Assembly (NCBI GenBank): GCA_050291465.1 | Contig: JBNKJV010000009.1 | Coordinates: 52,442-116,441 of the forward strand | DNA: 64,000 nt | Direction: 5' to 3' | DNA from: Sedimenticolaceae bacterium | Lineage (GTDB): Bacteria > Pseudomonadota > Gammaproteobacteria > Chromatiales > Chromatiaceae | Part shown: positions 41,584 through 51,140 of the stretch, piece after piece | Position numbering within the stretch: position 1 is the first letter of the stretch | How the letters are laid out: each line of letters opens with the position of its first letter | Notes under the pieces: model-generated | Told to the model about the DNA's origin: nothing | The model's database searches: none | What the model saw: only the letters and a program-made list of their open reading frames with translations | Translations under genes and position numbers: made by a program

Positions 41584-42333
41584 ATGACGGAAAAAGATAC
41601 GACACACTTCGGATACGAAGAGGTGCGAACCCAGGAAAAGGCCGGGCGGGTACGCCAGGTGTTCGATTCGGTGGCTACACGTTATGACCTGATGAACGAT
41701 CTCATGTCATTGGGGATTCACCGCCTGTGGAAACGCTTCGCGGTTGAGCTGGCCGGGATCCGGCGCGGACAGCATATCCTTGACCTTGCCTCCGGCACCG
41801 GCGATCTGGCGGCCCGGTTTGCCGGCCTGGTCGGCCCGGACGGGCTGGTGGTCATGACCGACATCAACTCCGCCATGCTCGAACAGGGACGCAACCAGAT
41901 GCTGGATCAGGGCATCGTGGGCAATGTGAAATATTCTCAGGTCAACGCCGAAGCCATCCCATTTCCGGACAACAGCTTCGACTGCGTCACCATCGGTTTT
42001 GGTCTGCGTAACGTCACCGATAAGCAATGCGCCATCCAGGAAATGTTCCGGGTATTGAAGCCGGGCGGGCGCGCTCTGGTGCTGGAGTTCTCCCATCCCC
42101 GGGGCGAGCCGCTAAAAGCCGCCTATGACCTCTACTCTTTCAAGGTTCTGCCGATACTGGGAAAACTGGTGGCGAACGACGAGGCGAGCTATCGCTACCT
42201 GGCCGAATCCATCCGGATGCACCCGGACCAGGAGACCCTGAAGGGGATGATGGAGCAGGCCGGTTTCGAACGCTGCGACTACCATAACCTTAGCGGCGGT
42301 ATCGTAGCGGTTCACCGCGGATTCAAACTCTGA
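41584..42333 (+). CDS. ubiE: ubiquinone/menaquinone biosynthesis C-methyltransferase
   Basis: 249-aa ORF with [25 protein letters not shown] and the SAM motif LDLASGTGD. Confidence 0.95.
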   Translation: MTEKDTTHFGYEEVRTQEKAGRVRQVFDSVATRYDLMNDLMSLGIHRLWKRFAVELAGIRRGQHILDLASGTGDLAARFAGLVGPDGLVVMTDINSAMLEQGRNQMLDQGIVGNVKYSQVNAEAIPFPDNSFDCVTIGFGLRNVTDKQCAIQEMFRVLKPGGRALVLEFSHPRGEPLKAAYDLYSFKVLPILGKLVANDEASYRYLAESIRMHPDQETLKGMMEQAGFERCDYHNLSGGIVAVHRGFKL

Positions 42334-42412
42334 ACATAAACGAACTACAAGAGGATCGTAGCATGGCATCTGCTACGGCCCTGAAAAACGACTCTGCCAT
42401 GGCTATGCATTA

Positions 42413-43060
42413 ATGAGCATTTCCGAATTTGCCTACGCCAGCCTCGAAGAGGCCTTTAACCGGTATCTTGCCCTGGATCCGGCGGCGAAGGAACGTATGT
42501 GGCAGTTGCATGGCCGTGCAATCGCCCTGGAGCTGCGCGGGCTCGATACAATCCTGTACTTCATCCCCGGTCCCGGCCGGTTGCAGCTCCTGACACGCTA
42601 TGAAGGAGATCTCGATTGCTCACTGAGCGGAACGCCGATTGCTTTGCTGCAACTGTTGCAGCGCCAGGCCGAGTCCGCGCCGACAATCCCGGAGGAGGTC
42701 GCGATCTCCGGCGACAGGGAGCTGGCCCAGCGTTTCATTGCCATTCTGCAAACCACCGACATCGACTGGGAGGGTCAGCTCTCCCGCTACACCGGGGAGC
42801 TGTTCGCCCAGGAGGTGGGCAGGGTTGTCCGGGGCGGAATGGCATGGGGCGAGCACATCGCCAGTACCCTGAGCAACGAACTGCAACAAATGCTGCAGGA
42901 GGAGAGTGGCCCGTTGCCGAAGCCGGAGGAATTCGTCGCCTTCCGCAGCGAAATCGACCGCGTGCGTGACCGGACTGAACAGATGGGCGCGCGGATTGCC
43001 GCATTGACCGCCCCCGCCCGCAAAAAAAGCTCCCGCAAACGTAACAAGGGGCCGCAATGA
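42413..43060 (+). CDS. ubiJ: ubiquinone biosynthesis accessory factor UbiJ (SCP2 domain)
   Basis: 215-aa ORF between ubiE and ubiB, with an SCP2-like N-terminal half. It overlaps ubiB by 4 nt. Confidence 0.8.
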   Translation: MSISEFAYASLEEAFNRYLALDPAAKERMWQLHGRAIALELRGLDTILYFIPGPGRLQLLTRYEGDLDCSLSGTPIALLQLLQRQAESAPTIPEEVAISGDRELAQRFIAILQTTDIDWEGQLSRYTGELFAQEVGRVVRGGMAWGEHIASTLSNELQQMLQEESGPLPKPEEFVAFRSEIDRVRDRTEQMGARIAALTAPARKKSSRKRNKGPQ

Positions 43061-44715
43061 TTCGTTCCCGCCAGGCACTGCGGCTGCTGCATATCAACTG
43101 GATCCTGCTCCGGCATGGGCTGGACGAGGTTATCCTGGCGACCCACCTGTTCCGTCCTTTGCGTTTCATACTCTATCTCTCGCCCTGGTACTGGCTGCGG
43201 CGCAATCAACTGCCCCCTTACCCGGTACGAATCCGCCGTGCTCTGGAGGACCTGGGCCCCATATTCGTCAAATTCGGACAGATACTCTCCACCCGCCGCG
43301 ATCTGCTGCCGGACGATATCGCCGATGAGCTTGCCAAGCTGCAGGACGCTGTACCGCCGTTTCCCGGCAGCGAGGCACGGGCACAGATAGAGGCCGCTTT
43401 CGGCCACCCCATCGAAAAGGTCCTGGACGACTTCGATGAAACCCCCATGGCCTCCGCGTCCGTCGCCCAGGTCCACGCCGCGACCCTGAAGAGCGGAAAA
43501 AAGGTGGTGGTAAAGGTGCTGCGCCCCGGTATTGAACGGGTAATCCGGCGGGATGTCGAGCTGCTTTATCTGGTCGCGGGTCTTGCCAATCGCTACTGGA
43601 AAGACGGTCGGCGACTACGGCCGCTGGAGGTGGTCCAGGACTACGAGAAGACCATCTTCGATGAGTTGGATCTGCAACGGGAGGCCGCCAACGCCGCGCA
43701 GCTGAGGCGCAACTGGGAGGGAAGCGACCTGCTGTTCGTCCCCGACGTCTACTGGGATCTTACCCGCAAGAACGTGCTGGTCATGGAACGAATATCAGGG
43801 ACCCCGGTAAGCGACATCGAGTCCCTGAAAGCGCAGGGTATCAGCATGCGCCAGTTGGGGGAGCAGGGGGTGGAGATATTCTTTACCCAGGTGTTCCGCG
43901 ACAACTTCTTTCACGCCGACATGCACCCCGGCAATATATTCGTAGAACCGAGCGGCCGCTATATCGCCGTGGATTTCGGCATTGTCGGCTCCCTGACCCC
44001 GGAAGATCAGCGCTACCTCGCGGAGAATCTGCTCGCCTTCTTTAATCGCGATTACCGCCGGGTGGCACAACTGCATGTGGAATCGGAGTGGGTGCCCAAA
44101 GGCACGCGGGTGGACGAGTTCGAATCCGCCATCCGCACCGTCTGTGAACCTATATTCAACAAACCCCTGAGCGAGATCTCTTTCGGCAACTTTCTGCTTA
44201 ACCTGTTCCAGGTGGCCCGCCGCTTCAACATGGAGGTACAACCTCAGCTGGTGCTGCTGGAGAAGACCCTGCTCTACATCGAGGGGCTCGGACGTCAGCT
44301 CTATCCGGAGCTCGACCTCTGGTCCACCGCCAAGCCCTACCTCGAACGCTGGATGGCGGATCAGGTTGGGCCCAAGGCCTTTGCCCGCAAACTGCGCAAG
44401 AACCTTCCCACCATCACCGAGCACGCCGCCGACATGCCTCTGCTCCTGCACCGGGTGCTGCGGGACGCCTCCGAGGGCCGTCTGGAGGTCAACTGGAAGT
44501 CTGAGGACCTGAACCGGCTTCGCCGGGAACTCAGGGAGAATCATCGGGTAACGATCTCCGCCATCAGCGGCGGGACCATGCTGATATCCGGCACCCTGCT
44601 CCTTACCCTCGGTCCCAGCATCCTGCTGTCGGCAGCGGTAACCACCACCGCCGGCATCGCCCTGGCCGGCACCGGCGGACTGATACTGTTGCAGACCTGG
44701 CTGGGCAATCGCTGA
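43057..44715 (+). CDS. ubiB: ubiquinone biosynthesis regulatory protein kinase UbiB
   Basis: 552-aa ORF of the ABC1/UbiB kinase-like family ([38 protein letters not shown]), with two C-terminal TM segments. Confidence 0.93.
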   Translation: MIRSRQALRLLHINWILLRHGLDEVILATHLFRPLRFILYLSPWYWLRRNQLPPYPVRIRRALEDLGPIFVKFGQILSTRRDLLPDDIADELAKLQDAVPPFPGSEARAQIEAAFGHPIEKVLDDFDETPMASASVAQVHAATLKSGKKVVVKVLRPGIERVIRRDVELLYLVAGLANRYWKDGRRLRPLEVVQDYEKTIFDELDLQREAANAAQLRRNWEGSDLLFVPDVYWDLTRKNVLVMERISGTPVSDIESLKAQGISMRQLGEQGVEIFFTQVFRDNFFHADMHPGNIFVEPSGRYIAVDFGIVGSLTPEDQRYLAENLLAFFNRDYRRVAQLHVESEWVPKGTRVDEFESAIRTVCEPIFNKPLSEISFGNFLLNLFQVARRFNMEVQPQLVLLEKTLLYIEGLGRQLYPELDLWSTAKPYLERWMADQVGPKAFARKLRKNLPTITEHAADMPLLLHRVLRDASEGRLEVNWKSEDLNRLRRELRENHRVTISAISGGTMLISGTLLLTLGPSILLSAAVTTTAGIALAGTGGLILLQTWLGNR

Positions 44716-44824
44716 ATTATTCCCGGTAGGCGAGATTTCCGGCCCGGCCAATACCCGACAAATGTTCTTTTATGTTGGCCGGATGTAACGAATAATAGGG
44801 CATTGGCAAATGGGAGAACCTATC

Positions 44825-45382
44825 ATGAGAATCGGTCTGTTTTTCGCAACTTTTTTACTCTTTTCCGCCACATCATGGGCTTTGGATGTGGAAGGCGTCG
44901 ATGTACCTGAAACGGCAACCGTCTCCGACAAGGCACTGCAGCTAAACGGCGCCGGGGTCCGCACCAAGATGTTTTTTGATATCTATGTGGGCGCGCTCTA
45001 TCTCCCCGGCAACGCCACGACAACCGCCGGCGTTCTCGATATGCCCGGGCCCAAGCAGGTATCCATGACCTTTCTCTACAAGGAAGTGGACCGGGAAAAA
45101 CTGGTCAATGGCTGGGAAGAGGGTTTTAGCCTTAATCAACCGGAAGAGGAGATGGCCAGACTGAAGGACCGCCTGCAGCAGTTCAACGACCTGTTTATTA
45201 CCGCGCATAAGGGAGATGTCTTCGTCTTCAATTTCCTTGCCGACGGCTCCACCAGCGTCATATTGAACGGCAAGGAAGCGGGAACCATCCCGGGGGCCGA
45301 TTTTCAGCGGGCGCTGCTGTCGGTATGGCTGGGTGATAAACCGGCGGATAAAGATCTTAAAAAGGCGATGCTGGGAAGCTGA
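44825..45382 (+). CDS. chalcone isomerase-like family protein (secreted)
   Basis: FDIYVGALYLP and RALLSVWLGDKPADKDLK are typical of bacterial CHI-like proteins. I prefer ATG 44825 (MRIGLFF... signal peptide, with GGGAGAA upstream) over the track start at 44810. Confidence 0.75.
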   Translation: MRIGLFFATFLLFSATSWALDVEGVDVPETATVSDKALQLNGAGVRTKMFFDIYVGALYLPGNATTTAGVLDMPGPKQVSMTFLYKEVDREKLVNGWEEGFSLNQPEEEMARLKDRLQQFNDLFITAHKGDVFVFNFLADGSTSVILNGKEAGTIPGADFQRALLSVWLGDKPADKDLKKAMLGS

Positions 45383-45397
45383 AGTATTTCTCTGCTT

Positions 45398-45418
45398 GGG
45401 TGGGGCGAAGCCCCGCCC
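45398..45418. repeat. GC-rich REP-like hairpin between convergent genes
   Basis: GGGTGGGGC-GAA-GCCCCGCCC: a 9-bp stem (one G-T pair) with a triloop. There is no U-tract. Confidence 0.4.
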
Positions 45419-45434
45419 TCGTGGGAGCCACGGG

Positions 45435-45839
45435 TTATCCCTTAATCTCCCGCAACACCTCATTCGCCAGCTGTTCCATCCGCTCCAGACCGACATCGGC
45501 CTTCTCCAGGAACTTCTTATCCATTTTTTCCGGTCTGGCCCACTGCATACCCTTTATGCGACATCGCTTGGCCAGCTTGTCGATCCCCAGATCCTCCAGC
45601 GCAAATCCCAGCTCTGTCCATAGCACGGAAAGTTCCGCTTCCGTTCTATGGGATTTTTTACCCGTCTCCTTGAGCTGGCGCATATAAACCGCCGTCCTGC
45701 GAGCCGCGACAATAACCTTACGTAAAGCGGCAACGGACTCTTTCTTGCGATCATCCTTCGCCCGCTTCAGATTGGACACCCACCTGCCAGCGTGTTTTAT
45801 AAGCTCCCACAGGGATATTTCGGAAAGGATTTCTATCAT
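45435..45839 (-). CDS. hypothetical 134-aa all-helical, charge-rich protein
   Basis: An ORF with coding-like composition. It has no TM segment or signal peptide, and I recognise no motif. Confidence 0.55.
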   Translation of the reverse strand: MIEILSEISLWELIKHAGRWVSNLKRAKDDRKKESVAALRKVIVAARRTAVYMRQLKETGKKSHRTEAELSVLWTELGFALEDLGIDKLAKRCRIKGMQWARPEKMDKKFLEKADVGLERMEQLANEVLREIKG

Positions 45840-45854
45840 CTGCTTGCGCTGGTT

Positions 45855-45888
45855 AAAAAAGCGTCCCGACGGGCGAATTTAACGGGAC
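45855..45888 (-). terminator. weak terminator-like hairpin between the DUF815 gene and the 134-aa gene
   Basis: Read on the minus strand: GTCCCG, a 14-nt loop, CGGGAC, GC, then T6. The stem is short and the loop large, and only about 15 nt remain before the next ATG. Confidence 0.25.
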
Positions 45889-45891
45889 CCG

Positions 45892-46683
45892 TCACCGGCC
45901 GATAATATCGGAGGCGCCCGAGGTAAAAAATTGATTGTAGAACTGTTTTGCGGTCCTGCCGCTCCGGGAGGCCCTTTGCTGAGAAAACCGCAGTGCCTCC
46001 GCGTGGAGCTGTTCCCTGTCCCCCGGGTACTCCGGAAAATAGCTGTCAACTATCCGCAGATACTCCTCTCTGCTCGGCGGATAAAAGGAGATCCACAATC
46101 CGAAACGGTCGGATAGGGAGATCCTCTCTTCAACCGCGTCGGAATAATGCAGTTCTCCGCTCACCAGACCGGAATCCAGATTATCCTTCATATATTCCGG
46201 CATAAGATGCCGTCTGTTAGAGGTAACGTATAGAAGCACGTTTTCCGGCGGCTTCTCTATGGAGCCCTCCAGAACCGTTTTCAATGCCACGTACGAATTA
46301 TCATCCTCCTCAAAAGAGAAATCATCGCAGTAGACGACAAATCTATAGGGCATCTCCCGCACCTCGTCCACGATCTCCGGCAGATTGATCAAATCGATTT
46401 TATAGATCTCGATCAATCGCAGTCCTCGCGAAAGATATTCATTCAGAATCGCCTTGATAAGCGAGGATTTACCCGTGCCCCTGGCGCCCCAGAGTAGCGC
46501 GTTGTTTGCCGGCAGGCCTGAGATAAACCTTTCGGTATTGGCGATTAGATCCGCTTTTTGCCGGTCGATGCACACCAAAGAATGCAGGGCAATCGGATCA
46601 AGTTCCCGTACGGGTCGCAACTCCTTGGCGTGTGATCGGAAAACCGCCGCATGCACTTCGGACCAATCGATACCCATAATCAT
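45892..46683 (-). CDS. AAA+ ATPase of the DUF815 type
   Basis: 263-aa ORF with Walker A (LLWGARGTGKSS) and Walker B (FVVYCDDFSF), followed by LLYVTSNRRHL. The layout is as I remember for the DUF815/COG2607 family. Confidence 0.8.
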   Translation of the reverse strand: MIMGIDWSEVHAAVFRSHAKELRPVRELDPIALHSLVCIDRQKADLIANTERFISGLPANNALLWGARGTGKSSLIKAILNEYLSRGLRLIEIYKIDLINLPEIVDEVREMPYRFVVYCDDFSFEEDDNSYVALKTVLEGSIEKPPENVLLYVTSNRRHLMPEYMKDNLDSGLVSGELHYSDAVEERISLSDRFGLWISFYPPSREEYLRIVDSYFPEYPGDREQLHAEALRFSQQRASRSGRTAKQFYNQFFTSGASDIIGR

Positions 46684-46805
46684 CGCCTCGATCTGACTTC
46701 GTGATCGAATTTGACCAAAAACAACAAACAGCCGCTACCCGGAATTTGAGATTCGGAGCCTCCAGGAATCAGATTCTATCGCTTTATTGCGCCGGTCCCC
46801 GATGG

Positions 46806-48122
46806 TCAGAAGTGGAAGACCGGGGGTGTATGGAGCGGGTTAAACGACTCCATAACGTCTTTTCTGATTTTATTTACATCGTCATCAGACAGCACACAGG
46901 CCAAATGTGCGGTTTCCAGCACAAAGATGATCTCCCTCACGCGCTGGTAGTGAAACGTATCTTCTATTCTATGCTTCATGAACAATGTACCAAGCACGAT
47001 GATCAGGAGAATTATGACATAAATACTGAAAGGGGAAATGTCTACACGTATTTCCTGGGCACCGTGAAAATACATGATCAATATCGTTAGCAACAATGAC
47101 ATAGCACAAAAAAGAGGGAACCTGTCAAAGCGCAAATAACCTTTATAAATTTCTTCCGAGCAAAGTGCAATTTCAGGCTCCATATCCTCCGAATTCCACT
47201 CCCGATCATCTTCTTCCCTTTGCGAGATAACGTCGTCAATAATATTTTGGGACTTCAGTCTGGAACTCACACCTCGGAATAGAAACAAAATGGAAATCAA
47301 CACAAGCGATGTACAAACGGCCCTGATCATATTCTCAGACACGGGAACAGAATCTCCCGAAAATTCAAAGAAACCGGCGCTCAACATCAAAAACACAATG
47401 TATAGAATGAGGATCGGCAGGGTATAGTAGAATAGCAACAGTATATATTTGGAGGCGTACCACATGGATGACGCCAGTCGTATATGGGCTTCATTCTTTA
47501 TGATGTTAAAAGTACTTTCCGGATAGAAGAAGTGAATCCTTGTTTTCAGCTGATTTATAAAGGATTTGCTTCTGCTCTTGTCGTCGTTTTTCTCCTCGCC
47601 GTCATTCTTTTCGTCATCTTTCTTCTCAATTCTTGTATCCCACTTTATATATTCGAATAGATGCGCGAAATTCCTCGCTTCCAGATAATTCTTCAGATTC
47701 GAATACGGGAACTGCACGTCATCGGGGATCAGACCGTCTCCTTTGGCAATCACCCAATCGTTATACCCCATTACCTTTTTGCGAATTTTTATGAAGCTGT
47801 AATAGTCCGGCTCTTTCGGGTCCTGCCGGTACAAGAGATGACCCACGACATAGGACAATATGATGATGCCGATATAGATCCAGAATTTCAGACTTAATAT
47901 CTCCCCGATATCTTTCAGCGACGCAAAAATCGCCTCAAACCCCTCCTCATCGGCCGGATAGATATAGTGCATGAAATTAATATATATAAAACCGATCAAA
48001 ATCAGGGTACTTGCGACCAGGAATATGAATCCGGGAATCAAACAAGCCAAAAAATCCACGAAGAAATCGCGCACCCGTACGTTGAGCTTTACATCGGAAG
48101 ACCTAAAAGGGGAAATCCTCAT
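46806..48122 (-). CDS. hypothetical multi-pass membrane protein (438 aa) in an AT-rich islet
   Basis: A long uninterrupted ORF in DNA where stop codons should otherwise be frequent. About six hydrophobic helices form three hairpins, separated by charged segments including EKKDDEKNDGEEKNDDKSRSKS. I recognise no family. Confidence 0.7.
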   Translation of the reverse strand: MRISPFRSSDVKLNVRVRDFFVDFLACLIPGFIFLVASTLILIGFIYINFMHYIYPADEEGFEAIFASLKDIGEILSLKFWIYIGIIILSYVVGHLLYRQDPKEPDYYSFIKIRKKVMGYNDWVIAKGDGLIPDDVQFPYSNLKNYLEARNFAHLFEYIKWDTRIEKKDDEKNDGEEKNDDKSRSKSFINQLKTRIHFFYPESTFNIIKNEAHIRLASSMWYASKYILLLFYYTLPILILYIVFLMLSAGFFEFSGDSVPVSENMIRAVCTSLVLISILFLFRGVSSRLKSQNIIDDVISQREEDDREWNSEDMEPEIALCSEEIYKGYLRFDRFPLFCAMSLLLTILIMYFHGAQEIRVDISPFSIYVIILLIIVLGTLFMKHRIEDTFHYQRVREIIFVLETAHLACVLSDDDVNKIRKDVMESFNPLHTPPVFHF

Positions 48123-48480
48123 CGCCTGTAGTCCTTGTTTGCCGGGTTCCTGACGCGCGAACTGATCGCGTAGGCAGCAGAACGCGTAATACCGCCTCCC
48201 GGGGCAGATTCAGGTCGTGATGGACAGGATTGGGAAAGATATGCTCGCTCCATGAACAAAGTCTCCGGAGAATTTTCACCCGAGTATACCGCCCTTTTCC
48301 GCCCAAAGGCATCTCTAAGGCGTTACGCTGAACATCAAGACCGAAGGTTGTTCTTAATAACAATCGAGCTGTTTAGGACCCGCCGACCCACTCAGGAAAG
48401 TCGCCTGTTAAATCCTCCAATGATTATTTAGGATCTCGTCCCGTCGCTTCGATAGGACGCAGCGAATCGCATTCACCGCG

Positions 48481-49032
48481 CTATGAGCGTACAAGCCCCG
48501 CTTCGACCTCGTTCCGTTTCTCTTTTCCGGCCAGTGCCGCGATCAGCTCCAATGCGAAATCCATGGCGGTTCCCGGACCGCGGGAGGTGATAACCCGATC
48601 GTCCCGGACCACCGGTGCCGGATCCATCTCCACCCGGGGCAGATCCATGTTATCCAGAACACCCGGATAAGCCGTGGCTTTTTTGCCGTCCAGCAGACCG
48701 GCTCCGGCCAGCACCTTGGGTGCGGCGCAGATTGCGGCGGTATACCCGCCCTGCCCTCTGATTCGGGCGAGGATTTTGTGGATACGGGGGTCCCGATCCA
48801 GATGGTCGGCGCCAGGCAACCCGCCGGGCAGCACTATCATATCGAAGTCCTGATCAATAGCGGTATCCAGCACCGTATCAGGCACAAGTACCACACCGCG
48901 GCTGGCGGTAACAGGCCGGGCATCCAGTCCCGCTGTGATTACATCGATTCCCGCCCTGCGCAGCAGATCGATAACTGTTACTGCTTCAAGTTCTTCACAA
49001 CCTTGGGCGAGAGGGACGAGGACCCTGGCCAT
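48481..49032 (-). CDS. DJ-1/PfpI family protein (YajL-like)
   Basis: 183-aa ORF with MARVLVPLAQGCEELEAVTVIDLLRRAG and the nucleophile elbow AAICAAP. Confidence 0.88.
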   Translation of the reverse strand: MARVLVPLAQGCEELEAVTVIDLLRRAGIDVITAGLDARPVTASRGVVLVPDTVLDTAIDQDFDMIVLPGGLPGADHLDRDPRIHKILARIRGQGGYTAAICAAPKVLAGAGLLDGKKATAYPGVLDNMDLPRVEMDPAPVVRDDRVITSRGPGTAMDFALELIAALAGKEKRNEVEAGLVRS

Positions 49033-49814
49033 TTATCATTTCCCCCGTGAAGCTGAATGAGTTCTGAGGTGCGTACAAGGCGAATGCCTTGGGAATCGAG
49101 CTGTGGCAGTTCCTGTTTCAGAACAGCGATAGTTTCCGGATAAGGATGACCGATTCCAATGGCGTAACCGCGACTACGAGCCAGTCGGATCAGTTGCCGG
49201 AACTGGCGGCCGATGGCCTCCGGATCTCGGTTATTATCCAGAAATACGTCACGCCGGGCCGCCGGCACCTGTTCTTCCTGTGCGACCTGCTCCGCCACCG
49301 TTTGCAGAGTGGTACGGCTATCCACAAAAAAAAGGTCCCCATACTCCCGTACACCTTTCATCAGCCACCCCATAGCCCCGGGATGCCGCGTGAGGAGACT
49401 TCCCATATGGTTATTCAACCCGGCTACGTGGGGAATGGCGTCCAGGTCCTCTTTTAGAGAATGCTGGAAATCCTCTTCCGTCATATGCAGTGTCAGCGCC
49501 CCCGGACCCAGGTTGTTGCCTGCATGGGACTCCATGGGCAGATGCAGCATGATCTCCTTATCGAGGCCGTAGGCACGCTCCGCGAGCCTCTTCGCGTGGG
49601 GCGTATGAGGCAGGAACGACAGGGTGACCGGGCCGGGCAACTCCAGCGCTTCCTCTCCCGTCAGCGACTCATTGCCTATGTCATCGATAATGATGGCGAT
49701 TATCGGCCCGTTTTCGGCCTCCTCCGCCATGATCGACGACGCTGAAAAAAACAGTACCGCCAGGGCAAGAAATCCCTGGAACACACGCAGACCGCGGACG
49801 GTCTGTAGGATCAC
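48978..49814 (-). CDS. divergent polysaccharide deacetylase family protein (YibQ-like)
   Basis: 278-aa ORF with a GTG start. Motifs are IAIIIDDIGN, SFLPHTPHA, MLHLPME and NNHMGS. Its 3' end overlaps the DJ-1 gene by 55 nt. Confidence 0.85.
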   Translation of the reverse strand: MILQTVRGLRVFQGFLALAVLFFSASSIMAEEAENGPIIAIIIDDIGNESLTGEEALELPGPVTLSFLPHTPHAKRLAERAYGLDKEIMLHLPMESHAGNNLGPGALTLHMTEEDFQHSLKEDLDAIPHVAGLNNHMGSLLTRHPGAMGWLMKGVREYGDLFFVDSRTTLQTVAEQVAQEEQVPAARRDVFLDNNRDPEAIGRQFRQLIRLARSRGYAIGIGHPYPETIAVLKQELPQLDSQGIRLVRTSELIQLHGGNDKWPGSSSLSPKVVKNLKQ

Positions 49815-51140
49815 CTACCCTTGACCTCGGAGCAGATAGAGTCCCTTCAGCAGGTTGAGCGCTTCATGCAGTTGATAATCCTCCTCCAGAAGCTTGTCCT
49901 GATCCGCGGCATCGTTGCCGCCTTTCGATGATTCCGTTTTCTTGCCGTTGCCGTTTTTCAGATGGCGCGCCAGATCCGCTTCCTTCAATTGCTCAATTTC
50001 ATTCTGTTCCTGTTTCGATACCTTGACCGGCTCCAGTTTGATATCGGGCTTGATCCCCTCTGCCTGGATGGAGCGGCCGGAGGGCGTATAGTAGAGTGCG
50101 GTCGTCAGCTTGATCGCCGCACCGCGAGTTACCTGCAAAACCGACTGTACGGAGCCCTTACCGAATGTTTGCGTCCCCATAATCAGCGCCCGCTTGTGAT
50201 CCTGCAGGGCTCCGGCGACGATCTCCGAGGCGGAGGCGGAACCACTGTTGACCAGCACTACCATGGGCGCCCCCTGCAGAATGTCACCCGGGTTCGCCCG
50301 ATACTCAAGCTCCGCGTCCGGCACCCGTCCTTTGGTGTAAACGATCATCCCCTCACTGAGAAAGGCGTCGCTCACCGACACGGCGCTGTTCAGAACCCCT
50401 CCCGGATTGTTGCGCAAGTCCAGCACCATTCCATTAATGCCCCCGTCCGACTGGGACTTCAACTCCTCTACCGCCTTTATCATGTCCTCAGTTGTTTGGG
50501 ACTGAAAATGCGTAATACGCAGATAAGCGAAACCGGGTTCCAGGATACGGCTCTTGACGCTGTCCACCTTGATGACATCCCGCTCCAGGGTGATTCTCAG
50601 GGGCTTATCTTCATGTTCCCTGACGATGGTGAGGGTGATTTCGGTGCCGGGTTCTCCGCGCATGATGTTCACCGCTTCTGACAGGGTCATGCCTTTTACC
50701 GGTTTGTCATCGAGACGGATAATCAGATCACCCGCCTTTACACCGCCCCGTTGCGCGGGAGTATCATCGATGGGGGCGATCACTTTGACGAAGCCGTCCT
50801 CCATTCCCACCTCCATCCCGAGCCCACCGAAATTACCGGATGTGCCCACCTGCAACTCCTTGTATTCCTCGGCATTGAGATAGGTGGTGTGGGGATCGAG
50901 GCCGGAAAGCATACCCCGTATAGCCTGTTCCAGCAGTACGGTGTCATCCACCGGTTCAACGTAATCCTGCTTGATACGACCGAAGATCTCGGCGAAAACC
51001 CGCAATTCGTCCAGAGGGACGCTTTGTGACGCCTCTTCCTCCGGTGTTACCTGCGCCGCTAGGTCTGGAGCGGGAAGCAGAAATACCCCCAAGGCAATGC
51101 CCATTAGGAACGGCGATAGAACAGACAGCCTCTTTTTCAT
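49815..51140 (-). CDS. ctpA: S41-family carboxy-terminal processing peptidase
   Basis: 441-aa ORF with a signal peptide, a PDZ region (GNFGGLGMEV), the catalytic Ser region (LVNSGSASASEI) and TFGKGSVQ. Confidence 0.9.
   Translation of the reverse strand: MKKRLSVLSPFLMGIALGVFLLPAPDLAAQVTPEEEASQSVPLDELRVFAEIFGRIKQDYVEPVDDTVLLEQAIRGMLSGLDPHTTYLNAEEYKELQVGTSGNFGGLGMEVGMEDGFVKVIAPIDDTPAQRGGVKAGDLIIRLDDKPVKGMTLSEAVNIMRGEPGTEITLTIVREHEDKPLRITLERDVIKVDSVKSRILEPGFAYLRITHFQSQTTEDMIKAVEELKSQSDGGINGMVLDLRNNPGGVLNSAVSVSDAFLSEGMIVYTKGRVPDAELEYRANPGDILQGAPMVVLVNSGSASASEIVAGALQDHKRALIMGTQTFGKGSVQSVLQVTRGAAIKLTTALYYTPSGRSIQAEGIKPDIKLEPVKVSKQEQNEIEQLKEADLARHLKNGNGKKTESSKGGNDAADQDKLLEEDYQLHEALNLLKGLYLLRGQG

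Noticed and set aside
48103-48363. 86-aa minus-strand ORF in the leader of the membrane gene
   Set aside because: It overlaps the start of the 438-aa gene out of frame. It has no Shine-Dalgarno, and its arginine-rich translation looks non-coding.
48380-48400. AGGAAAGTCG, resembling the RNase P RNA CR-I box (GAGGAAAGUCC)
   Set aside because: It is only a partial match. None of the other conserved RNase P regions or the GC-rich helices is present in 48123-48480.
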